Positions 49,659 to 59,535 of a DNA stretch of 64,000 nt are shown one piece after another. The first letter of the stretch is position 1, and every line of letters begins with the position of its first letter. Both the position numbers and the translations under genes were made by a program. The notes under the pieces were generated by a model. It saw nothing but the letters and a program-made list of their open reading frames with translations. It was not told the DNA's origin and did no database searches. Location of the stretch: NCBI GenBank assembly GCA_040326155.1, contig JBEQLE010000001.1, positions 76,959 through 140,958 of the forward strand, in the 5' to 3' direction. This DNA is from Leptospirales bacterium (GTDB taxonomy: Bacteria > Spirochaetota > Leptospiria > Turneriellales > JAOUFE01).

Positions 49659-51119
49659 ATGCAGGATTGGGTTGAAGCAGAATTCGGTGATGTCATAGAC
49701 GTCATTAGTGGTAAAAACCAAAAAGCCGTAGAAAACCCAAATGGGAAGTATCCTATTTATGGTAGTGGCGGAATATTTGGTTACGCAAATCAATATCTTT
49801 GCGAAGCTGGAACAACCGTAATTGGGAGAAAAGGAACGATAAATAGCCCCATTTACGTGAATCAAAAATTCTGGAATGTTGACACAGCATTTGGGATATA
49901 CCCTTTGTCAAACCAGATCCAGTCTAAGTATATTTACTACTTTTGTGTTGGCTTTAATTTCAAGAAATTAGATAAAAGTACTACCATACCAAGTTTAGCG
50001 AAGAGGGATATTCTAAAAATCATAACCAAAATCCCACCACTCCCCGAACAACGAGCGATTGTTTCTAAAATAGAACAACTTTTCAGCGAGTTGGACAATG
50101 CCATAACCAATTTTAAAAAAGCGCAGGCGCAGTTGAAGGTGTATCGTCAGGCGGTTTTGAAAAAAGCCTTTGAGGGTGAGTTGACGAAAGAGTGGCGATC
50201 TCATCAAACCGATTTACCAACGGCAGAAGAATTGCTCGAACAAATAAAAGTAGAACGAGAAGCGCATTATCAGAAGCAACTTGAAGAGTGGGAAGTTGCT
50301 GTAAAGAAATGGGAAGCAGATAAAAGACCGAAGGATGTAAAAGAGAAAAAACCTACAAAGCCAAGTCTGTCGAAAGAGCTGCCACCTTTGACGAAAGACG
50401 AATTGGGTAAGTTGCCTGAATTGCCTAGTGGGTGGTCGTGGGTGAAACTGGGTGAAGTTAATAGCGTTAAAGGTGGCAAACGACTGCCGCCGAAACATTC
50501 TTTTTCTATGGAAACAACAGACTATATTTATATCATGGCTGGCAATTTAAAAGGTGGGACAGTTAAAAACAAACTCACGTATATTGAAAAAAATACATAT
50601 GAGGCACTATGGCATTATAGAGTAAATGGCGGTGATGTTTACATTACTATTGTGGGGGCTTGTATAGGTGATGCAGGAGTTATTCCAAAGGAATTTCATT
50701 TATCTATTTTGACTGAGAATGCCGCAAAAATAATCACTCCAATATCATTGTACAATAAGTATTTATCACTTTGGTTAAATTCCATTATAGCACAAACAAG
50801 AATAAAAGGAAGTGTGTTTTCTATGACCCTTGGCAAATTAGCTCTCAACAGAGTTGAACGATTAGAAATACCAATCACTTCAGTAGAAGAACAAAACGCC
50901 ATCGTCGTCGAAATAGAATCCCGCCTTTCTGTCTGCGATAAAGCCGAAGAGACCCTGGCAGAAAATCTGGTCAAAGCTGAAGCCTTGCGACAGAGTATTC
51001 TCAAAAAAGCGTTTGAGGGCAAGTTGCTTACCGAGGGTGAACTCGAAGCTTGCCGTAATGAACCCGACTGGGAACCTGCGGAGAAATTGTTGGAGCGGAT
51101 ACGGGCGGAGAAGGGATAA
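49659..51119 (+). CDS. hsdS: Type I R-M specificity subunit
   Basis: Two TRDs; PPLPEQRAIV.KI, RQAVLKKAFEG.L, LP.GW.W..LG, EPA..LL.RI. Confidence 0.93.
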   Translation: MQDWVEAEFGDVIDVISGKNQKAVENPNGKYPIYGSGGIFGYANQYLCEAGTTVIGRKGTINSPIYVNQKFWNVDTAFGIYPLSNQIQSKYIYYFCVGFNFKKLDKSTTIPSLAKRDILKIITKIPPLPEQRAIVSKIEQLFSELDNAITNFKKAQAQLKVYRQAVLKKAFEGELTKEWRSHQTDLPTAEELLEQIKVEREAHYQKQLEEWEVAVKKWEADKRPKDVKEKKPTKPSLSKELPPLTKDELGKLPELPSGWSWVKLGEVNSVKGGKRLPPKHSFSMETTDYIYIMAGNLKGGTVKNKLTYIEKNTYEALWHYRVNGGDVYITIVGACIGDAGVIPKEFHLSILTENAAKIITPISLYNKYLSLWLNSIIAQTRIKGSVFSMTLGKLALNRVERLEIPITSVEEQNAIVVEIESRLSVCDKAEETLAENLVKAEALRQSILKKAFEGKLLTEGELEACRNEPDWEPAEKLLERIRAEKG

Positions 51120-51121
51120 TC

Positions 51122-51781
51122 GTGAATGTATTTTTGAATTCATATCACCCTTTATGTAAAACGAAAAAAGGAAGACAAGCGGCTAAATGCTGTGATTATC
51201 CATTATTTGTTGATGGTTCTATTCGCCGGGAGCCAGATTTTGAAAACCTAAACCCGGCAATAACGAATTTGTGCCGGCCAAATAAACTCATCAAAAGGCT
51301 TGAAAAAGGAAGCCTCGTTGTGTATATGACTACCATATTTAATTCATACAAACAAAATAAACATTGGCGACTGGTAGCTGTACTGGAAGTTGAAACAATA
51401 GTGGATTCTCATAAAGACGCAGAAAAATGGTATTTAGATCATCACAAAGAAGATGTGTCTCAGAATATTATATGCGATAGCACCGAAGCCTTATCAATTG
51501 AAAGTACCTCTCAAATACCAAATAAGCATTATCTTAAAAACGGCAAAATAGATCAAAATAAATGGGATAAACTCTACCAAAACAGAGCTCGGAATTACCC
51601 TAAAGTAGCCATATGTAATATCTGGAATAATATTATGGAGTTAAGTGAGCCAAAAACAATTACTCGTGATGATATGATCGAAATTTTCGATAAACAACCA
51701 GGAACGCAAAACCCACGTAAGTTCAAAAGTGATGAGTGGCAAAAATTTCAGAAGATTGTTATCAAAGGGAAAGGCTCGTGA
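51122..51781 (+). CDS. Uncharacterised protein between hsdS and hsdM (possibly Nmad2-like)
   Basis: DGS.RREPDF...P.IT.LCRP....RL..G..VVY.T; closely coupled to hsdS. Confidence 0.5.
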   Translation: MNVFLNSYHPLCKTKKGRQAAKCCDYPLFVDGSIRREPDFENLNPAITNLCRPNKLIKRLEKGSLVVYMTTIFNSYKQNKHWRLVAVLEVETIVDSHKDAEKWYLDHHKEDVSQNIICDSTEALSIESTSQIPNKHYLKNGKIDQNKWDKLYQNRARNYPKVAICNIWNNIMELSEPKTITRDDMIEIFDKQPGTQNPRKFKSDEWQKFQKIVIKGKGS

Positions 51782-51864
51782 ATATATTATTTTTACCTTA
51801 CTCGATGAAAAAAAATGAGGATGTCGTCCCACAGTTTGAGCGTTTGGTAAAAAAGCCGGTGGTT

Positions 51865-52016
51865 ATAAATTGCATGATAAATTGCACGATAAATTGCATG
51901 ATAAATAGAAAATTCGTGTTAACTCGAGAATAATGAAAAATACAATAAATAACTACAACAACAGTTTAGGCATTAAAAGTTGCATGATAAGTTGCGTGAT
52001 AACTTGCATGATAAAT
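51865..52016 (+). repeat. Two clusters of 12-nt tandem repeats (TTGCATGATAAA-like, encoding LHDK)
   Basis: About three units at 51865-51906 and three at 51980-52016. Confidence 0.85.
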
Positions 52017-52027
52017 CGGAGACCCGC

Positions 52028-53506
52028 ATGACACAAGAATCTATAATATCAAAAGTCTGGAATCTGGCGCACGTGCTTCGAGATGACGGAGTAGGTTATG
52101 GCGACTACTTGGAGCAAATTACATTTCTACTATTTTTAAAAATGGCAGATGAGTTTAGTAAGCCACCGCATAATCGAAAAACGAATATTCCTGACGAGTA
52201 CAACTGGGAGAGTCTGGTAAGCCGACGTGGCGCAGACCTGGAGTCTCATTACACAACTCTACTTCGAGAATTAGGGCAGGCATCGGGTACACTCGGGCAG
52301 ATCTTTACCAAAGCTCAAAATAAGATACAAGACCCGGCCAAACTATTGAAGGTCATCGATATGATTAACAAAGAGCAGTGGTCTATTATGGGCGCCGACC
52401 TCAAAGGTAAAATTTACGAAGGGCTGTTAGAGAAAAATGCAGAAGATGTGAAAAGTGGCGCCGGTCAATATTTTACACCCAGGGCATTGATTAAAGTCAT
52501 GGTTGAATGTATAAGGCCAGAACCTAAGAAAACAATTGTCGACCCGGCCTGTGGCACGGGCGGTTTTTTTCTGGCCTCTTATGATTACATGGTAGATAAA
52601 CATGACTTAAATAAAGATCAGAAGTTATTTTTAAAAAACAAATCATTTCACGGTAATGAAATTGTAGCCAGTACCAGACGCATGTGTTTGATGAATATGT
52701 TTTTGCATAACATAGGAGAGATCGATGGTGAATCTTTTATTTCTCCGGCTGATGCTTTGATCTCTGATGCAGGCGTTCGTTATGACTATGTTTTGACAAA
52801 CCCACCGTTTGGTAAAAAAAGCAGTATGTCTTTTACCAACGAAGAAGGCGAGCAAGAAAAACAAGACTTGACCTATAATCGTCAAGACTTCTGGGCAACG
52901 ACTTCGAACAAGCAGTTGAACTTTTTACAACATATTCGAACGCAAATGAAAACTACCGGTCAAGCCGCTGTTGTATTGCCAGACAATGTTTTGTTTGAAG
53001 GGGGCGCGGGTGAAACTGTCCGTAAAGAGTTACTCAAAACGACAGAACTGCATACGATTCTAAGACTACCTACGGGCATCTTTTATGCCAATGGTGTAAA
53101 AGCAAATGTGCTATTTTTCGATAACCACCCGGCATCAAAAGACCCATGGACACAAGAAGTCTGGATATACGATTATCGAACCAACATACATCATACGCTG
53201 AAGAAAAAACCTCTTCGAGAAGAAAATCTGAATGAGTTCATTAGATGTTATAATTCTGAAAATAGGCACAAGCGAAAACAAACCTGGTCAGAAAAAAAAC
53301 CGGAAGGTAGATTCAGGAAGTTTACCTACGATGAAATTATAGCCCGCGATAAAACCAACCTGGATATCTTCTGGTTGAAAGATAAAAGCCTGGCAGATCT
53401 TGATAACCTGCCCGATCCGGATGTATTAGCCAATGAGATTATTGAGAATATTGAAGCTGGTTTAGAGAGTTTTCGGGAAATAGCGGGTGTTTTGAATGGT
53501 GAGTAA
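52028..53506 (+). CDS. hsdM: Type I R-M N6-adenine methyltransferase subunit
   Basis: LRDDGV.YGDYLEQ, GQYFTPR, DPACGTGGF, NPPFG; start taken at MTQES (ORF-track extension is the repeat). Confidence 0.95.
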   Translation: MTQESIISKVWNLAHVLRDDGVGYGDYLEQITFLLFLKMADEFSKPPHNRKTNIPDEYNWESLVSRRGADLESHYTTLLRELGQASGTLGQIFTKAQNKIQDPAKLLKVIDMINKEQWSIMGADLKGKIYEGLLEKNAEDVKSGAGQYFTPRALIKVMVECIRPEPKKTIVDPACGTGGFFLASYDYMVDKHDLNKDQKLFLKNKSFHGNEIVASTRRMCLMNMFLHNIGEIDGESFISPADALISDAGVRYDYVLTNPPFGKKSSMSFTNEEGEQEKQDLTYNRQDFWATTSNKQLNFLQHIRTQMKTTGQAAVVLPDNVLFEGGAGETVRKELLKTTELHTILRLPTGIFYANGVKANVLFFDNHPASKDPWTQEVWIYDYRTNIHHTLKKKPLREENLNEFIRCYNSENRHKRKQTWSEKKPEGRFRKFTYDEIIARDKTNLDIFWLKDKSLADLDNLPDPDVLANEIIENIEAGLESFREIAGVLNGE

Positions 53507-53523
53507 TTAAACCAACACCAAGC

Positions 53524-53769
53524 TCACTTCAACCCTCCGGTAAAATATTCCAGCGGCTTCTTATAAATCTTCGCAAAATCGGCTAGCTCGATCACATCAA
53601 GACGCCTTTGCTTCGATTCCAGTTTTGAAATGTAATCCTGGCGCCAGCCAAGTTTTTTACCAGCTTCTTCCTGGGTAAGACCGGCTTCTAGTCTAGCCTG
53701 AATCAATTTATCAATTAAAAGACCATACTCCTTTTGGTGAATCGTATTATATTTTTTCACTTTACACAT
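53524..53769 (-). CDS. XRE-family HTH regulator
   Basis: R..AGLTQ.E....LG..Q..ISK.E...RRLDV.E. Confidence 0.88.
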   Translation of the reverse strand: MCKVKKYNTIHQKEYGLLIDKLIQARLEAGLTQEEAGKKLGWRQDYISKLESKQRRLDVIELADFAKIYKKPLEYFTGGLK

Positions 53770-54036
53770 AATATGCGATTATTGAATATATGCAAAATTC
53801 GCATGATTAATAATGACGAGAAAAATATGATCGAGTGCTGAGTGCATTCGAGTTCTATATCTAGTTCTATAGCAAAAAGATTTCCACAGAAGTGTTGTCC
53901 CAAAACGTTATAGGCTTTCTCTACATCTATAATATTATAATCCGTTTCGTGTATTACATTTATATGAAAAAAAAAGAAACCACGCTTTTTTTTCGGAAAA
54001 CTGTAAAAAAAACAGCTTTCTGCCTATTACCTTTAC

Positions 54037-56604
54037 ATGAGATACATTATTCAAACGTTTATAATTACGGCTTTCTGTTTTTCCTGTGCGAACTCCCCTT
54101 TTCCCTCCGGTGACTATGTAAAGTTACATGCAATACCCGGCGAAGGCGATCCTCTTGTCAGTCTAATAAAATTGGCCGGTGGCGTTCAAAAAAACCTGCG
54201 ATGCGCTTTATCTGATATCGAAATACCGTTACCGTATTTTGATTATCAAAAGGCCGATACCAACCCTGGGCTTGTTACGTACTCAAAAAAACAAATTGAT
54301 TTAATCAATTTTATAAAAAAACTGATTCGCCTTATTCAAGATAACATCCATGTTCAAATCGTTACGGGTGTTCGCCCCGAATGTGCAAGCTCCGGTTTTC
54401 TCGCTTTGCAATACCCTTTTTTACTCGACCCACCCGGCCCGAACCCTGTTAATTTTCGCCAGGTCTATGAGCACTGTATAACAGATTCCACCTCTATGTT
54501 TCCCGATCCCGACACAATGCCGGGGGTTTTACCGGAAAATTCTCCGTGGGTAAACCAACCATCCCCTTTTCAAGAAAACCAAAACCTCTACTTCGTAAAC
54601 AGTACCGGGGTTATGCGTCACAATTATTGTGTAGCCGACGAAAATCAGATATGGATATCATCAACACCGCCGGCAGTCGACAAAGCTCCCGCCCTTGCTA
54701 TTGAAGTTCATTCTGGCGGCCTTGGTAATTTTCTCAACCGGGAAACAGACCGCCTTATTGCCGGGTTAACCGGTAAATGGAAACCGCCGGGCGACCTGAA
54801 AAACAGTTTTAAAATTAGCGATGTTACTTTGAGCTTGTTTTTGAACCCTCAGAGCGACCCTCTCGATAAAATTGCCAATTCAATAAGCCGAACGGAGAAA
54901 ACCCGCTTTTTAGCTTCGCGTTTTGACTCGACTGTAGGTAATATAGACTTTTTAAGTAAGCTTTCTGCAATTGCTGAAAAAGAGAAGTTATCGGGACTAT
55001 TTTATTTTCAGCCTGCCTTTGTTCCAGAATCTATTTATATGAATCTGTTTTCTGAAACCGCCTGCCCTGGCTCACCGCGCTGCCCGGACAATGCATACAT
55101 TATACATACTTCTGCCCGGTCTCCCTTTACCGCTTTTTTAAATGAAAATTCGAAACAGAATAATTTTTTATTATTCACCGATGAGATTTCAACCAAAACA
55201 AAATATAACGATTCTCTACTTCTGGTTGTCGAAAATGATCGTTTTTACGAAAAAGTTTTATCATGGTATAATCGAATTCTTCTACGCTCCTACCATCCCG
55301 CTTCTGAGCCAGGTCGAGTCAACCCCGGAGAAATTATTGTAAACGAAATTCTCTGGCAGGGTTCTATTGACAATTCACTGAGTCGAAAAACCACAGATGA
55401 ATTTATGGAGTTAAAAAACCTGGCCGGGCGCAGTGTCGATCTGACCGGCTGGAGTTTTGCCTGCACTACAGACGGTATCTCCGCTTCCACGTTTTACTCC
55501 TTCCCGGTCGGAAGCCGCATTGAAAAAGACGGGTTTTTAACCATCTCGGCGACAACCGATAAGAGCGTGCCGTCTCCCGATCTTGTCAGTTCAGATTTAG
55601 CCATTCGAAACTCCACCCTGGAGTGTATACTTACAGACGGCGACCGGACCGATTCGAATCTACTGAACCATTACGCAGATTCTCGCATCAATGGAACGAT
55701 TGTCGACCGTGTATTGTCAACCGAGGGACCGCCCTTAAATGAATACTCTTCACACTATTTTTCAAGAACAGGTTTTAACTCTTTAAAATATAACATGGAA
55801 TCTGACGGAGCAAGATCGATCGAAAGAGTCGCCCCCGATGGAAGTCTGTTTTCAAGCTGGCAAACCAACGCTGCGCACTTTTCTGAAAACCGGTTCGTCG
55901 ACCTCGCTTATGCTCTGCGTACTTTTGCCACTCCTGGAAGTCCAAACACAACATACATTGCAGACAATTATTCCGGTATATACATTTCTGAAATTCACTG
56001 GATGGGAAGTTATGACCAGTTCGGAACCAGCACGGCTGACGATGAATTCATTGAAATCCATAATAGTTCGACCGAACCCATAAACATTGGTGGGCTGGTT
56101 TTTGGATGTTCCAGTTCTGCGACTGGCGATACGGGCAAACCTCTTTTTGGCATCCCCTATAATACACTGTTACAACCCGGTGAAAAATACCTTATAAACC
56201 GTTCGATTAACGGAGCCTTCAACACGGCCAACTATTATGTAAACGATTTCTCTTTGTCTAATTTGAACCGTTTTTGCATATTAACAGACGGTGACCCCAC
56301 CGCGCTGGTTTTCGAAGGCAGTGACGGAGTTGACGCCAATGCAAACTTGAATGGTCATTTTGATCATTCCGCTTTTCGGGGTAATATTATTGATCGAGTT
56401 GGAAACTACGCAGACACACTTGCAAACCAGGGAATCGGATTAAACGATACCGTATTAAAAATTCGGCGAAGCGCTGAACGACTGTTCCCACCGGGCGACG
56501 GGTCCAACCCTTTAAATTGGCTTTTAAACCCATACGACGCAATTGCCAATATCTATATACCTGAAATATATAAATACAACACTTTTGCATCACCGGGATA
56601 TTAA
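54037..56604 (+). CDS. Lipoprotein with two lamin-tail domains
   Basis: Lipobox-like FCFSC; twice I.EI.W.GS...DEF.E..N......G..F, each unit ending TFA(T/S)PG. Confidence 0.78.
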   Translation: MRYIIQTFIITAFCFSCANSPFPSGDYVKLHAIPGEGDPLVSLIKLAGGVQKNLRCALSDIEIPLPYFDYQKADTNPGLVTYSKKQIDLINFIKKLIRLIQDNIHVQIVTGVRPECASSGFLALQYPFLLDPPGPNPVNFRQVYEHCITDSTSMFPDPDTMPGVLPENSPWVNQPSPFQENQNLYFVNSTGVMRHNYCVADENQIWISSTPPAVDKAPALAIEVHSGGLGNFLNRETDRLIAGLTGKWKPPGDLKNSFKISDVTLSLFLNPQSDPLDKIANSISRTEKTRFLASRFDSTVGNIDFLSKLSAIAEKEKLSGLFYFQPAFVPESIYMNLFSETACPGSPRCPDNAYIIHTSARSPFTAFLNENSKQNNFLLFTDEISTKTKYNDSLLLVVENDRFYEKVLSWYNRILLRSYHPASEPGRVNPGEIIVNEILWQGSIDNSLSRKTTDEFMELKNLAGRSVDLTGWSFACTTDGISASTFYSFPVGSRIEKDGFLTISATTDKSVPSPDLVSSDLAIRNSTLECILTDGDRTDSNLLNHYADSRINGTIVDRVLSTEGPPLNEYSSHYFSRTGFNSLKYNMESDGARSIERVAPDGSLFSSWQTNAAHFSENRFVDLAYALRTFATPGSPNTTYIADNYSGIYISEIHWMGSYDQFGTSTADDEFIEIHNSSTEPINIGGLVFGCSSSATGDTGKPLFGIPYNTLLQPGEKYLINRSINGAFNTANYYVNDFSLSNLNRFCILTDGDPTALVFEGSDGVDANANLNGHFDHSAFRGNIIDRVGNYADTLANQGIGLNDTVLKIRRSAERLFPPGDGSNPLNWLLNPYDAIANIYIPEIYKYNTFASPGY

Positions 56605-57058
56605 CAAACATTATTAGAACCCGGCAACGCAAATCGATTCCTGGAACCTTTATCGCTACGTACAAAAATTATTATATGAAATTGCAGGTGATTGGTTCTT
56701 CTATTGTATGGGATATTAAAAAATGAGGAATTAAAACAATTATCGTGCAGATTTTTGAAATAACTGATATATACTATATTTGAAAGCATTAATTCGCATT
56801 TTCGAATCCCATTATAAAGGTTTATATTAACATTCGATTGCCAAGAAATTCAATTTCCTGGTACATAACCAAATTAGTAATGCAGTCAAGTGGAAATTAA
56901 ACTTAACATATTTATTCCAGATCCACTCCGTTATTAATTACATTTCACAGAAAACATTGCTCCAATGTATCTATGATTTGCCGTATCTTAGCGAATATGG
57001 GAAAATTTATTAAAAAAATAGTTGCCATTCCTGATCATATTTGACTATGCTGGTGATA

Positions 57059-57253
57059 ATGAAAGTAACATTGGATATTCCCAAAGAAAAATTCAGCCTT
57101 ATTGAAGTAACTGCTCAAGAATTGGGATTAGAAGCAAAACAGTTGATGCAATCACTTCTAAATGATCAAATTTCTTCTAGCAAAGAGGATTTTGAACGTA
57201 CAGCTAATTATGTTATTGAAAAAAATAAAGACCTATATGATCGACTTGCATGA
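57059..57253 (+). CDS. Antitoxin partner of Doc
   Basis: C-terminal F.....YV..KN..LY.RLA; ATGA overlap with doc. Confidence 0.75.
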   Translation: MKVTLDIPKEKFSLIEVTAQELGLEAKQLMQSLLNDQISSSKEDFERTANYVIEKNKDLYDRLA

Positions 57254-57642
57254 ATTATCGTTACCTATCCCTATCTGAAATATTAGTTTTATACAGAAAG
57301 GTGATAGAACAATCTGGTGGTAGTGCTGGAGTACGTGATTTGCCCTTGCTAGAGTCAGCTATTGCTCAACCACGAATGACATTTGGTGGCCAAGATTTAT
57401 ACCCAACTGTAGTTGATAAAGCCTCCATATTATGTTATTCATTAATCCAAAATCACCCATTTATTGATGGCAACAAAAGAATCGGTCATGCGGCTATGGA
57501 AACTTTTTTGGTTCTGAACGGTTTTGAATTAAAAGCTGAAATTGCCGAACAAGAAGATATAATCCTAAAACTTGCCAGTAGCCAAATTAATAAAGAATAT
57601 TTTTCTGAATGGCTTAGTCAACATATTATCCAACACAATTAA
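57250..57642 (+). CDS. doc: Death-on-curing (Doc/Fic) toxin
   Basis: GVRD..LLESA..QP, LYP....KA, NHPFIDGNKRIG. Confidence 0.93.
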   Translation: MNYRYLSLSEILVLYRKVIEQSGGSAGVRDLPLLESAIAQPRMTFGGQDLYPTVVDKASILCYSLIQNHPFIDGNKRIGHAAMETFLVLNGFELKAEIAEQEDIILKLASSQINKEYFSEWLSQHIIQHN

Positions 57643-57757
57643 CCCTGACCTGCAACGTCGTATAATAAATTTTAATCTGCTGCGCCCCGACTTCGCGGTC
57701 GTTCGGGTTTCGCTAGCGCTCAACCACATTTTGAGACTTCCTTCGCTTAACCGCAAA

Positions 57758-57792
57758 GCGAGCACCAAACTTGAGGTTAGTTTGGTGCTCGC
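57758..57792. terminator. 14-bp perfect hairpin between convergent genes
   Basis: GCGAGCACCAAACT-TGAGGTT-AGTTTGGTGCTCGC; no U-tract, so could be REP-like rather than a terminator. Confidence 0.5.
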
Positions 57793-57860
57793 ATAGCTGA
57801 CGAAAAGGGCATGGAAATGTCATAGCGGTAATGAAATAGTAAGTAATCTCTTTAAATAAT

Positions 57861-58517
57861 CTACTTTCTTTTGGTGTTAGAATCAAATTTGTAAAATGTA
57901 ACTGTAATTGTTAAAGCAAAAATTACGAATATCGGGGTATTTACCAACCATAATATTGGCCCCACTGAATACAAAAGAGCCCTTATTCCTTTATTAAAAT
58001 GCTTGGACTGTCTTTTTATTTGTTCCATTTGAAAATGAACATCGCTTTTGTCATATATTGCAGCAGGAATACTGAAGTTCATATTGTATAGTATGCGTAT
58101 CATGCCGGTAAAATTAAATGCAGAATAGAGCAGCATAAATATGGAGATGAACACTTTGAATATGTTGAAATGGTCCCCCATTTTATTCAGCAATTCCAAA
58201 ACATCCATATCCCGTATCAGCGTAAGTGAATCCAGATACATTTCATTCGAAGAAATCAAGGAACCGATTCCCCCCAAAAGCAACATATTAAGGGAAATAA
58301 GAAACGTTCCCGTCATAATCAGGTTTCGAATGGTTTGAATTACAATGATTGGTTCTTCCCGGTCAATGGCAAGGGTTAGCCAGTTTTTTCTCAATTCATT
58401 ATTAACCGTTTCTCTTGTTTTCTTTGCGCCACCGTAAGAGACCCTGAAATAATAATATTGGTAACCAAAAAAACAGGCAAAATATAAACCAAGGGGTAAA
58501 AGAAAATTGAGGAGCAT
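57861..58517 (-). CDS. DUF599 family membrane protein
   Basis: R..W, IQT.RN..M..TF..S, F..G.R..YS.. W. Confidence 0.8.
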   Translation of the reverse strand: MLLNFLLPLGLYFACFFGYQYYYFRVSYGGAKKTRETVNNELRKNWLTLAIDREEPIIVIQTIRNLIMTGTFLISLNMLLLGGIGSLISSNEMYLDSLTLIRDMDVLELLNKMGDHFNIFKVFISIFMLLYSAFNFTGMIRILYNMNFSIPAAIYDKSDVHFQMEQIKRQSKHFNKGIRALLYSVGPILWLVNTPIFVIFALTITVTFYKFDSNTKRK

Positions 58518-58719
58518 GTCTCTAATATAATTTTGTATAATACACTGAACACTGTTTTAATAAAATAAATAATAGACAAAACGAGTTTCATCTTTTCATC
58601 TGCCCGAGGCAAACTACAGCGAACTAAGGCCGTTAGCAGAAAGGATAGGCGCCTGTGTTGTATAATTTCCCGCTAGATGAATTTTCCTTCCCTGATTCTA
58701 ATAATTAAAGTTAGTTTTA

Positions 58720-59361
58720 TTATTTGTCTAACCCGGTTTTTAAGATTTCCTGATAGGCTTTCAAGGGGATAAATTCGCATCCGAAAGTTTCGAGATGGGG
58801 GTTGTGCAACTGGGCATCAATTAATGTAAAACCCTTTTTTATCAATTCTTGGACCAGATAATAGAATGCGACTTTGGAGGCGTCCGTGACTTTGTGAAAC
58901 ATCGACTCGCCGCAAAAGACCGTTCCAACGACGACACCGTAAAGTCCCCCGACCAGCTCGCCTTCGAACCAGGTTTCTACGCTGAAGGCATGCCCCGCTT
59001 CGTGTAGTTTTGTATAGGCTTCTATCATTTCGGGAATTATCCAGGTTTCACCTTTGCGTCTTTCGGCGCAGTTTTGTATGACTTCTTTAAACGAGGTATT
59101 GAAGGTTATGTTGAATTTTTCTTTTGCGATAACTTTTCGCAAACTTTTGGCGACTTTGAATTTTTCTGGGTATAGAACATATCTGGGGTCAGGGGAAAAC
59201 CACAAAATGGGAGGTTCTTCATACCAGGGGAAGATTCCGCTTTGGTATGCCAGCAGTAAACGTTCCGTCGAAAGATCGCCGCCTACGGCTAAAAGGCCTT
59301 CAGCTGAACCCTTTTCAACCGGTGGGAATACAATTTCATTATTTAACCAGTAAATATCCAT
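58720..59361 (-). CDS. aat: Leucyl/phenylalanyl-tRNA--protein transferase
   Basis: GLLAVGGDLS..RLL.AY..GIFPW, W.SPDPR, TWI, LVGGLYG, GESMF, DASK. Confidence 0.96.
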   Translation of the reverse strand: MDIYWLNNEIVFPPVEKGSAEGLLAVGGDLSTERLLLAYQSGIFPWYEEPPILWFSPDPRYVLYPEKFKVAKSLRKVIAKEKFNITFNTSFKEVIQNCAERRKGETWIIPEMIEAYTKLHEAGHAFSVETWFEGELVGGLYGVVVGTVFCGESMFHKVTDASKVAFYYLVQELIKKGFTLIDAQLHNPHLETFGCEFIPLKAYQEILKTGLDK

Positions 59362-59413
59362 ACAATATAATCTCTACTCTCCTATATTGAATTGGTAATA
59401 CACAACGAATAGA

Positions 59414-59432
59414 ATTAACCAAATCTTAACCA
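59414..59432 (+). promoter_or_regulatory. Pho-box-like direct repeat upstream of pstC
   Basis: ATTAACCA-AAT-CTTAACCA, 11-bp period. Confidence 0.55.
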
Positions 59433-59535
59433 TAAAAAATACGTTTTAGAAAAAATATCTTGTTAACTTGGAATTTGCATAATTACTGACCATGATTTTT
59501 TAATATCTCACTGTACTTTGATATAATAATGAACC

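Noticed and set aside
37894..51933. 15-bp match TTAACTCGAGAATAA (37894-37908 and 51919-51933)
   Set aside because: AT-rich and short enough to arise by chance in 64 kb; flanks unrelated
51865..52016. CRISPR array
   Set aside because: 12-nt head-to-tail units with no spacers; no cas genes
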